A DNA stretch of 9,543 bases from Oligoflexales bacterium (GCA_041736175.1 JBGSUI010000239.1:1-9543); one strand, 5' to 3'; shown: positions 1 to 6,630, counted from the stretch's first letter. Made by a program: numbers and translations. Notes: generated from the sequence alone by a model not told the origin.

Positions 1-60
1 AATCAATTGGGCCTCAAAAATCAGCATCAAATGAATTCCAAAATGAAGACTTTCCCGCTA

Positions 61-130
61 AAAAAAGCCCTTATGCAGAGCGTTAATCATTCGAGGCTCC
101 AAAACTTGGTTATAGCATGAGGGCCTTTTT
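61..130. repeat. 16-bp imperfect inverted repeat (14/16) with 38-nt spacer, downstream of vapC; possible terminator-like structure
   Basis: AAAAAAGCCCTTATGC (61-76) pairs with GCATGAGGGCCTTTTT (115-130); T-runs at both outer ends; 15 nt past the vapC stop on the minus strand. Confidence 0.4.
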
Positions 131-145
131 GGACACCCCAGATCC

Positions 146-544
146 CTAGGAGAGTGGTGATACGATAACGAGATCCCAAGACTCAAAATCGCTTCGGTTC
201 TGAGTCGCAAGCGGGACACCTAGGATTTTGGCCGTCGCCCCGATGAAGAGGTCTTCTGTGTGCAAGGTAAAACCTTTTGCTGCCATCTCAGCCCTTTTTT
301 CAGCGGCGAGGGCTGCGATTTCATGACTCACCGGGACGACTTCCACATCAGCGCCTTGGATAAACTGTCGAAAGGTCTTAAGGACATTTTTCGAGCCTGC
401 TTTGAGCAGCCCATATTCGATCTCGTATATGACGACAGCTGAGGTGGTGATATGTGGCAGTGTACTGAGAAACTCAACGGCTCTGTTTTTGATCTTTAGG
501 TTTCTGCTGACTAGGGCTGACAGGACGATTGTGTCAATGATCAA
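146..544 (-). CDS. vapC: Type II TA system VapC-family PIN-domain ribonuclease toxin
   Basis: 132 aa; PIN motifs IIDT, VIYEIEYG, EDLFIGATA, LATQNRSDF; TTG start with GGGAG upstream; directly downstream of a Phd/YefM antitoxin. Confidence 0.92.
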   Translation of the reverse strand: MIIDTIVLSALVSRNLKIKNRAVEFLSTLPHITTSAVVIYEIEYGLLKAGSKNVLKTFRQFIQGADVEVVPVSHEIAALAAEKRAEMAAKGFTLHTEDLFIGATAKILGVPLATQNRSDFESWDLVIVSPLS

Positions 545-560
545 GGAAGTTCTCCCGGAG

Positions 561-845
561 TTACTTAAGATCGACTTCTTTTATGGGTGCGCGGAGTTCG
601 CCAAAATCGTCAGCATAGATGCCTTCCTCTTCCGATGTTTTGATAAAGTTCTGCATCAGATCCAAACGCTTTTGCCTTTTGAGTTCGAGCAGGAGCTGCA
701 GATCTTTCTCGCCTATGATTGCGCCTGCTGGTTCTCCGCTGACCTGAATCCGCTGTGGTTCCTTTTGAGCAAGCCGTACAAGTTCAGACATGCGCGCTTT
801 AGCTTCAGAGAGGGGTAGTCCCTCGCTCTTACTTGTGCTTAACAT
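561..845 (-). CDS. Type II TA system Phd/YefM-family antitoxin
   Basis: LSEAKARMSELVRLAQKEPQRIQVSGEPAGAII fits the Phd/YefM N-terminal DNA-binding pattern. Start placed at ATG 845 (AAGGGA 8 nt upstream) rather than the ORF-track start at 899. Confidence 0.88.
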   Translation of the reverse strand: MLSTSKSEGLPLSEAKARMSELVRLAQKEPQRIQVSGEPAGAIIGEKDLQLLLELKRQKRLDLMQNFIKTSEEEGIYADDFGELRAPIKEVDLK

Positions 846-941
846 TATCAAATTCCCTTGTAGATATTGGGTGGTTGTGAGTGACAAACCCCACCTCATG
901 ATCCCTTATCGGTCAAATGAACCAAAAGATCAAGTAGTTTT

Positions 942-957
942 TAGACTAGTTAGTCTA
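942..957. promoter_or_regulatory. Palindromic candidate operator upstream of TA operon 1
   Basis: TAGACTA-GT-TAGTCTA followed by a further TTAGTCCA half-site, about 100 bp upstream of the antitoxin start. Confidence 0.4.
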
Positions 958-972
958 TTAGTCCATGTGGTC

Positions 973-999
973 ACGCCCTTTAGGGCGGGGTCGTTGACG
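973..999. mobile_element. Orphan IS200/IS605-superfamily-like terminal hairpin (motif A, copy 1)
   Basis: ACGCCCTTTAGGGCGGGGTCGTTGACG; hairpin CGCCCT-TT-AGGGCG; minus strand reads GTCAACGACCCCGCCCTAAAGGGCG, like IS605/TnpB/IscB element ends; 24/27 identical to 6661-6687. Confidence 0.65.
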
Positions 1000-1053
1000 G
1001 CTATGCTTAGAATTAGCTGCGGCCTTTTCTAAACTAGGGCTTGGCTATGTGCC

Positions 1054-1683
1054 TCATTTTGCTGGAGTTGCAGACACCGGGGTAGCTGCTGCAAAAAAAA
1101 TAGCTTTCACATCCACATCTTCGGCGACGGTCACACCTAGGTAACTAGGTATCTTGATTTTGTAGTCGGAGAGTTTGATTTGGAACTGGGCTTCACCCTC
1201 GACTTTAGATAAATCCGGTGAAGCGGTCAGCGTAGCGGTGCCGCCAATAGGCTTTTCAACCCCATGGAGGCTTAAGGTTCCTGTAAAGGGAACCTCCTGT
1301 CCATCTTTTTGGACTTTTGTAGCAGCGATTTTCCAAGTGAGTTTTGCCTCTGGAAACTTCTTAGTCTCCAGATAAGTATCCTTCATATGTTGGTCTCTCA
1401 GGTCAATCCCTGTGACAAACTGGTCGAGTTTGACCACGAATTGGCCCGTTGTCTCCTGGGCAGCCACTTTCGCTTGGCCGGCAATCTGCGCACCCTTGCC
1501 ATTAATCCGCAGAAACCCGGGTTTGCCAATGGCCGTGAACTCTAGCTGGCTGGTTTTGGGGTCTAACTGATAAGAAGCCTCTGCATGGAGGGGTGAAGCC
1601 CCCAAGACCCATGCAGCTGTCCAGAGGACAAGGGTGGAAGATCTCAAGGGTCTCTTGGTAAGATTTAATAAACTTATTTTCAT
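1054..1683 (-). CDS. YceI-family (polyisoprenoid-binding) periplasmic protein
   Basis: Signal peptide ending LHA|E; YQLDPKTSQLEF, TGIDLRDQHMK, KFPEAK, GTLSLHGVEKPI and IKLSDYKI are YceI hallmarks; RBS AAAGGA. Confidence 0.92.
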   Translation of the reverse strand: MKISLLNLTKRPLRSSTLVLWTAAWVLGASPLHAEASYQLDPKTSQLEFTAIGKPGFLRINGKGAQIAGQAKVAAQETTGQFVVKLDQFVTGIDLRDQHMKDTYLETKKFPEAKLTWKIAATKVQKDGQEVPFTGTLSLHGVEKPIGGTATLTASPDLSKVEGEAQFQIKLSDYKIKIPSYLGVTVAEDVDVKAIFFAAATPVSATPAK

Positions 1684-1707
1684 TTTAAATTCCTTTCTAC
1701 GGTCGAT

Positions 1708-2871
1708 CTAAAGATAGTAATGCCCAATCACATAGGCTGTCGTCGAAAAAGAATAATCGGAGTGATTGAGGGTCATTCCGACCATGGAGTCTACATCAAA
1801 ATGGGGTCTTGGAAACCACTGGACTCCCAGCCCGATCGTCTCCCGACGGGTCTTGAGATCTCGTATCTGGGGGGCGATCCCTTCGACGACGAGAGATGGA
1901 ATCAGACCTTGGATCGCCTCGTAACCAAGGCGATGGTAGAAAACAATCTGATCATAGGGATTGCCCTGGTCTGGACGTATGGTTTGCCGGTTTTCTTCGG
2001 CGAGCAAAAACCACTTTTCGCCGAGGGCAAAGCTACCAAAGACCCCGACCACCTGTCGTGATTGAACAGAGTTTTTGCCCGTCAGGCCGTTGATGCCTAC
2101 TCGATGTTTCCCCGCTAAAAAATGCGCATATCCAAGGCTGTAACCTTTCTCGTCTGAACCATCAGCTTCCTGTTTTCGTGCCCCCATCATCCGAGTCAGC
2201 GTCACTTCGTGGGTTTCAGCAAACCAAGTCAACTCACCGTTTAGGTTTTCTTGGCCTTGATCAAACCCAAGGCTGCGGCGGACAAAGGTATTATGCTGGG
2301 GAATCCCCAGGCCAAATTTAGGATAAAAGCGGCCAAGGCGCAGACTGGTATCACCTAGCTCGGACTTTATATAGTATTGGCGAAATGACATTTTTCCGGA
2401 GAGATCGGGCCGCGAACGGGTTTCTCCCCGAGGCCCCCCTGACAAAACGAGGGTGGCTTTAGGCAGGACCAGTCCAACCGTCACATCCGACTGCATTCTG
2501 ATCCAGCGGCCATCTTGGCGATCTGCGTTTTGAAAATCCAGCTGCATCATACGGAGGTCACCACCTAGGAGGAGCCATTGGGGGAGCCAAGGCTGCTGGG
2601 GAGCTCCATCGCTAGGAGGGGGCAATCCCTTGGTGGCTCCGAGGCCATGGAGTGGGAGCCCTTCGGCGGGAGTACCCCATGTGCTGAGTTTTTCCACAGC
2701 GATGGACCGGCCATAGGGCGTCAGGAGCCCGCCACCGGAGGGGCTGACATGGCAGGTGGAGCAGGAGAAATACCCATAACGGGTCATTTCTGGAAAGGCC
2801 CGGGCCATGGAACTGGTCATAAAAAAACCCAGGACACAAAACAAAATACTTACCAAGGGGAATCGTCTCAT
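1708..2871 (-). CDS. Putative outer-membrane beta-barrel with N-terminal monohaem cytochrome c (Cyc2-like architecture)
   Basis: Signal peptide ARA|F; AFPEMTRYGYFS-CSTCH-VSPSGGGLLTPYGR; remainder of alternating amphipathic beta-strands (LRLGRFYPKFG, IGLGVQWFPRPH, C-terminal YVIGHYYL); ATGA overlap with the upstream gene. Confidence 0.78.
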   Translation of the reverse strand: MRRFPLVSILFCVLGFFMTSSMARAFPEMTRYGYFSCSTCHVSPSGGGLLTPYGRSIAVEKLSTWGTPAEGLPLHGLGATKGLPPPSDGAPQQPWLPQWLLLGGDLRMMQLDFQNADRQDGRWIRMQSDVTVGLVLPKATLVLSGGPRGETRSRPDLSGKMSFRQYYIKSELGDTSLRLGRFYPKFGLGIPQHNTFVRRSLGFDQGQENLNGELTWFAETHEVTLTRMMGARKQEADGSDEKGYSLGYAHFLAGKHRVGINGLTGKNSVQSRQVVGVFGSFALGEKWFLLAEENRQTIRPDQGNPYDQIVFYHRLGYEAIQGLIPSLVVEGIAPQIRDLKTRRETIGLGVQWFPRPHFDVDSMVGMTLNHSDYSFSTTAYVIGHYYL

Positions 2872-3782
2872 CGGGCGGCTCCTGTTTCAATCCAGGTTTT
2901 GACGAGATCTGTGAGGTCTTGCGGGAGTCGATCGTCCCCAGGAGGCATGGGATTTTCGCTACGGATGATGGATTGGTAGAGTAGGCTTTGCTCGAGATTC
3001 CCAGGGACGATGAGGGCAGGTCTGCCGTCCGGCGAAGTTTTGATGATTCCATCATAGGTTTCGAGGTTTATATTGCCAGAAGCGTATTCACCCTCGTGAC
3101 AAAAGATACAGTGCTCGTCGATAAGTTTTTTCTGGATGTCGTCGAAGGTAATCTTTGGCTGTGGCACTACGGGGGCTGGAGCGGGTTCCACGGGGGCTGG
3201 AGCGGGTTCCACGGGGGCGGGCTCAGGAGTCACGGGTGCGGGCAAGGGAGCTGGCTGCTCTGGTTGTGGAGCGGGTTGCGGACTCACGGCAGGAGGCTGG
3301 GGGTCCACTATAGGAGTGCCCGTCTCAATCCAAGTCGCAAGGGCTCCAATCAATTCACGGCTAGGCTTTTTGGGTCCCGGAGGCATTTGACCCGTGACGA
3401 TAGACATAAAGAGGCTGCTCTCTTGTGGTTTTCCAGGGACGAGGATCGGCGCTTTGGTCCTCGATCCACGGCTTGCAAAGATGGATTCAAGGGTTTCTAG
3501 ATCGACGCCGCCGCTTTTTTGGCTGCTGTTGTGACAGGATACACAGAGTGGTTTAAAAAGTTGCTCCTGGAGTTGTACAAAGGCATTGGCTCCGCCTATG
3601 TCTCCCTGGTTTTCGCTGGTGCGTGGTCCATTGATATTCTTGTTGTTTGGTTTTTTATCTCGGGAATAGTTACAGTGGGTGGTCGTGGTAAGGAGGATCA
3701 GGCAGGAAACACCCCAGGAGCGTAGATTTTTAGAGACGGGGATTTGTTTGTTTGCCTTTGGTTTGGCAGCACTGATGGACAT
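2868..3782 (-). CDS. Di-haem c-type cytochrome with two planctomycete-type (PSCyt1-like) domains and a Pro-rich linker; exported, possibly a lipoprotein
   Basis: CVSCH and CIFCH; each domain has VPG..S.L, MPPG (candidate axial Met) and TWIETG; hydrophobic stretch ending in Cys (LILLTTTTHC); RBS AGGAAGG. Confidence 0.88.
   Translation of the reverse strand: MSISAAKPKANKQIPVSKNLRSWGVSCLILLTTTTHCNYSRDKKPNNKNINGPRTSENQGDIGGANAFVQLQEQLFKPLCVSCHNSSQKSGGVDLETLESIFASRGSRTKAPILVPGKPQESSLFMSIVTGQMPPGPKKPSRELIGALATWIETGTPIVDPQPPAVSPQPAPQPEQPAPLPAPVTPEPAPVEPAPAPVEPAPAPVVPQPKITFDDIQKKLIDEHCIFCHEGEYASGNINLETYDGIIKTSPDGRPALIVPGNLEQSLLYQSIIRSENPMPPGDDRLPQDLTDLVKTWIETGAAR
3169..3218. repeat. 21-bp in-frame tandem repeat (2 copies plus partial) in the cytochrome linker
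   Basis: ACGGGGGCTGGAGCGGGTTCC at 3169-3189 and 3190-3210, partial at 3211-3218; encodes EPAPAPV units. Confidence 0.9.
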
Positions 3783-3880
3783 AAAAAACCTTCCTAGGCA
3801 ATGATTGTCGCTTTTTTTTAAGGGTGGGACGTCGGCTGAAGCGCCGAATCTTTGGGGGCGAGGGTACTTTCACCATAGGC

Positions 3881-3900
3881 TTAGTGTCCAGCAGAAAGAT
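3881..3900. repeat. 20-bp dispersed direct repeat (motif B, copy 1)
   Basis: TTAGTGTCCAGCAGAAAGAT; 19/20 identical to 7021-7040. Confidence 0.85.
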
Positions 3901-3918
3901 CGGACTCCCACCCCACAC

Positions 3919-4118
3919 CAATGAGCCTATGATGTTCCTAGTTAGAGTGACCTCTTCGGCGAAAATTGTCTTATATGATCGCTAGTTAAAACATCGTCTA
4001 TTCTGATAGACGATAAGTTTGTATTTTCGTAGAATAGGTTAGATGGATATTTATTTCGCTAAGGATGCAGCATGTTAGAGATCTTCTTTGAAATTCACAC
4101 GAATCTCTTGAGCCAGCT
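3919..4118 (+). repeat. About 200-bp direct repeat (decayed copy) of the promoter and first 16 codons of the ATPase at 5250
   Basis: Aligns by eye to 5098-5296 with about 17 substitutions and one 1-bp indel (roughly 90% identity). Confidence 0.95.
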
Positions 4119-4137
4119 CAATCGCGGCGAGCTTTAG
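4072..4137 (+). pseudogene. 5' remnant of an AAA_14/DUF4143 ATPase gene
   Basis: Reads MLEIFFEIHTNLLSQL-NRGEL* versus MLDIFFEIHTNLLSQL-PTQF at 5250; homology stops at 4118; RBS is AAGGATG versus AAGGAGG in the intact copy. Confidence 0.8.
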
Positions 4138-4357
4138 GTGGCCGACGCCGGCCTTCATGCACGGCTGCGACTATCTCCTCTGCCGTCAGATCTGTGCTAA
4201 TCCCTGCGACATCCAGGGGCGATTTGCCATCTTCCGCTGGCCGCAGCACAAAGACCACTCCATCTTTCCTGAGGATTCTGACCTCACCATCCTTGACAGC
4301 CTTTTCGAGCAGCGAGGCAAGCTGCTGGCGGGCTTCAGAAAACCTATAAACTGCCAT
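4118..4357 (-). CDS. Type II TA system Phd/YefM-family (prevent-host-death) antitoxin
   Basis: 79 aa; YRFSEARQQLASLLEKAVKDGEVRILRKDG Phd-like N-terminus; begins 1 nt after the PIN gene stop. Confidence 0.9.
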   Translation of the reverse strand: MAVYRFSEARQQLASLLEKAVKDGEVRILRKDGVVFVLRPAEDGKSPLDVAGISTDLTAEEIVAAVHEGRRRPPKARRD

Positions 4358-4358
4358 G

Positions 4359-4760
4359 TTAGTACTCCACGATCTTTATATTGAGTGAAATGGCAGCTCT
4401 CTTCAGAGCCTTATCTAGTGTAAGCAGGGGGGCATTGAATGTTCTGGCACAGACTAACAGATAAGCATCGTAGGCGTAGATTCCTGCATCGTGCGCAACA
4501 TGGAGAACCTCGCTCAGGTTTACATCCACATAACGAATAGGAAGCGAGTTAAAGACGTCAAGAGCTTTAACGGCGGTTTTCAACGGCAAAGCTCGGCGCT
4601 TGAGCATCGCTGAAAAAGCGTTGCCGACCTCCCAAAATACGGAATTTGGGGCAATAAGATTACGACCAGCTGTGGCAATCAGCAAATCCGGCTTGCTTGC
4701 TTCGTTGACCAAAACCGATATTGCGGCTGAAGCATCCATCGTAATATTCAAAATTGCCAT
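4359..4760 (-). CDS. vapC: Type II TA system VapC-family PIN-domain toxin
   Basis: 133 aa; MDASA, WEVGNA, AYDAYLL and LLTLDKAL give the PIN acidic tetrad; RBS GGAG. Confidence 0.93.
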   Translation of the reverse strand: MAILNITMDASAAISVLVNEASKPDLLIATAGRNLIAPNSVFWEVGNAFSAMLKRRALPLKTAVKALDVFNSLPIRYVDVNLSEVLHVAHDAGIYAYDAYLLVCARTFNAPLLTLDKALKRAAISLNIKIVEY

Positions 4761-4780
4761 AATATCTCCAAAGACTCTCT

Positions 4781-4817
4781 ATTGTACAATTGTACTATGA
4801 TTAGATTCCGAAAGCAA
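4781..4817 (-). promoter_or_regulatory. Sigma70-type promoter with overlapping palindromic operator for TA operon 2
   Basis: Minus strand TTGCTT (4817-4812)-17 bp-TACAAT (4794-4789); overlapping palindromes ATTGTACAAT (4781-4790) and GTACAATTGTAC (4784-4795). Confidence 0.7.
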
Positions 4818-5097
4818 TGACTCCCACATAAAGGGGCTGTCCGGAGGTCTGAAGGAGAAAATTTTACTTGGTAATCTATGCTGCAAGCAATCTAAGCATC
4901 ATTCCGCAAATTTTGACAGTATTAGAAAAAACTGGCATCCCTTTTTAAATGGTGGTGAAATTTGAGGAGGTGATCGCAATCATATTTTATCTCAGAGCGC
5001 AAAAATGTTTGCTGCCTTTGGCATATTGACATTCCTAAATCTTTGTCATTATCCACTGCGTGGGTTTGAGTAGGCCAAGGTCCTTTACCATCCAAAG

Positions 5098-5296
5098 CAA
5101 TGAGCTCATGATGTTCCCAGTTAGAGTGACCTCCTCGGCAAAATTCTCCTATATGATCGCTAGTTAACATATCGTCTATTCTGATAGACGATATGTTGGT
5201 TTTTTCGTAGAATAGGTTAGACGGATATCTGTTTCGCGAAGGAGGCAGCATGTTAGACATCTTCTTTGAAATTCACACGAATCTCTTGAGCCAGCT
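5098..5296 (+). repeat. About 200-bp direct repeat (intact copy)
   Basis: Partner of 3919-4118. Confidence 0.95.
5166..5213 (+). promoter_or_regulatory. Perfect 14-bp inverted repeat overlapping a predicted sigma70 promoter of ATPase 1
   Basis: AACATATCGTCTAT-TCTG-ATAGACGATATGTT (5166-5197); TAGACG (5185-5190)-17 bp-TAGAAT (5208-5213); RBS AAGGAGG before ATG 5250. Confidence 0.65.
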
Positions 5297-6461
5297 TCCC
5301 ACTCAATTCCAGCGTGCGGCTCGTGATGTTCTCGATCTGGAAGCGCCAGCTTTAGGAATATATGGACCGCGAGGCGTCGGCAAGACGACGATGCTATTGC
5401 AGCACGCTCAAATGGTTCACGGTGGTCCGGATGTCTGTCTTTACATAAGTGCCGATCACGTTGCGGTCGCTGCAGCGGGGCTTTTTTCCCTTGGTCGATC
5501 TTACTTCCAGCAAGGAGGTCAGGCTCTCATACTGGATGAAATTCATCGCGCACCGGATTGGGGGCGGCAGGTCAAGAGCCTCATCGATAGCTACCCCAAC
5601 AAGAAATTTTATCTTAGTGGTAGCTCGGCATTGGCTCTATGGGAATCTGACGCGGATCTGTCCCGTCGGGTGCTGTGGTCTAAACTCCCCTGTCTTAGCT
5701 TCCGTGAGTTTCTGAACCTTGCTCACCAAGTAACGTTTCCTCCGCTTAGCCTTGAGGAAATCTTGACGAATCATCCTAAGCACGCCATGACCATCAAAGC
5801 CCAAAGACCAGCGATTCTTGCTGATCTAAAGGATTATTTGACGTACGGATATTATCCATTTTTTGTTCAGGGAAAGCAGGGATTTCTTCAGCGCCTTTTA
5901 GCGATTATCGAAAAAGTTCTGGCGGAAGATATCCCTGATTTATTCAATATCGAAAGGAGCAAGATCTCATCGCTACGTCGTCTCCTGTGGATTGTTTGTT
6001 CCTCAGCACCCTTTAGTCCCAATATTGACGGATTAAGCCGAGATCTCGGCATCGCAAAAGAGTCCGTCTATACCTACCTCGATTGCTTGGAAAAGTCCGG
6101 CCTCCTAAAATCTTATCGTGCCCCCGTGACGGGGGGGAAGTTAGCCAGAAAGCCTGCGAAGATCTATCCTGCTAACGCCAACATGCTCACAGCTATCGTA
6201 AGTCAAGCCAGTCTAAAGCAGGAGGTCGGGATGGTACGTGAGACCTTCCTGCAGTCGACACTTTCGGAAACCCATACCTTGCACACGCATGCCAAGGCTG
6301 ATTTCTTGGTGGATGACTCCATTGTGATTGAAGTAGGCGGACCTTCAAAAGACTTTCGTCAAATTCAGGAAAATCCCTGTGATGGATACCTCGCTCTCGA
6401 TGGAGTCGAAGTGGGGAGTGGTCAAAGGATTCCGTTATATTTGTTTGGGTTCCTGTATTAA
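5250..6461 (+). CDS. AAA_14-family ATP-binding protein with DUF4143-like C-terminal region
   Basis: Walker A GPRGVGKT; Walker B LILDEIH; LSGSS, DLSRR, LSFREF, YGYYPF; HTH-like LSRDLGIAKESVYTYLDCLE; KPAKIY; DFLVD..IEVGG; IPLYLFGFLY. Confidence 0.93.
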   Translation: MLDIFFEIHTNLLSQLPTQFQRAARDVLDLEAPALGIYGPRGVGKTTMLLQHAQMVHGGPDVCLYISADHVAVAAAGLFSLGRSYFQQGGQALILDEIHRAPDWGRQVKSLIDSYPNKKFYLSGSSALALWESDADLSRRVLWSKLPCLSFREFLNLAHQVTFPPLSLEEILTNHPKHAMTIKAQRPAILADLKDYLTYGYYPFFVQGKQGFLQRLLAIIEKVLAEDIPDLFNIERSKISSLRRLLWIVCSSAPFSPNIDGLSRDLGIAKESVYTYLDCLEKSGLLKSYRAPVTGGKLARKPAKIYPANANMLTAIVSQASLKQEVGMVRETFLQSTLSETHTLHTHAKADFLVDDSIVIEVGGPSKDFRQIQENPCDGYLALDGVEVGSGQRIPLYLFGFLY

Positions 6462-6504
6462 ATGTCTAGGTGCACTGAGATGTTTAGGTTTTAACGAACA
6501 CACC

Positions 6505-6599
6505 CAACCGAATCCCCTTACACTTTTTGTGGGTTGACGATGTAACTCGACAAAAACAACCACTTGTTTGTTATATCGCATTTTAGTCAGAAAAGGGGG
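6505..6599 (+). repeat. About 95-bp direct repeat (decayed copy) of the ATPase 2 3' end plus the ATPase 3 promoter/RBS
   Basis: Aligns to 8370-8459 (CGAATCCCCTTACACTT...GGGTTGACGA...CTCGACAAAAACAACC...GTCAGAAAAGGGGG) with a 1-bp and a 4-bp insertion. Confidence 0.92.
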
Positions 6600-6630
6600 C
6601 CCTTAAAAAGAAGTCCTACATTCTATCGAT

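Noticed and set aside
130..137. TGGACACC as an inverted partial copy of motif B
   Set aside because: Only 8 bp; within chance expectation.
846..899. Longer antitoxin start at ATG 899
   Set aside because: The SD-like AAGGGA is only 2 nt from this ATG and the extension is not Phd-like; ATG 845 has a well-spaced RBS.
260..1032. Plus-strand ORFs 260-442, 402-818 and 790-1032
   Set aside because: Antisense shadows of the well-supported TA1 genes; no motifs.
1175..3921. Short alternative ORFs over the cytochrome operon, including the Gly-rich 2988-3500 and 3136-3390
   Set aside because: Antisense or off-frame shadows; the Gly-rich repeats are the reverse complement of the Pro-rich linker.
4965..4975. 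AGGAGGTGATC, an 11-nt perfect complement of the 16S rRNA 3' end
   Set aside because: No ATG/GTG/TTG at a suitable distance and flanks are not rRNA-like; chance or the RBS of a lost gene, not supportable.
5162..5189. dif/Xer-like site (AGTTAACATAT resembles a XerD arm)
   Set aside because: The partner arm does not match XerC consensus; the 14-bp palindrome and promoter explain the sequence better.
4922..5260. 112-aa minus-strand ORF
   Set aside because: Runs antisense through the ATPase 1 promoter, RBS and start; no recognisable motif; the duplicated copy has a frameshifting indel.
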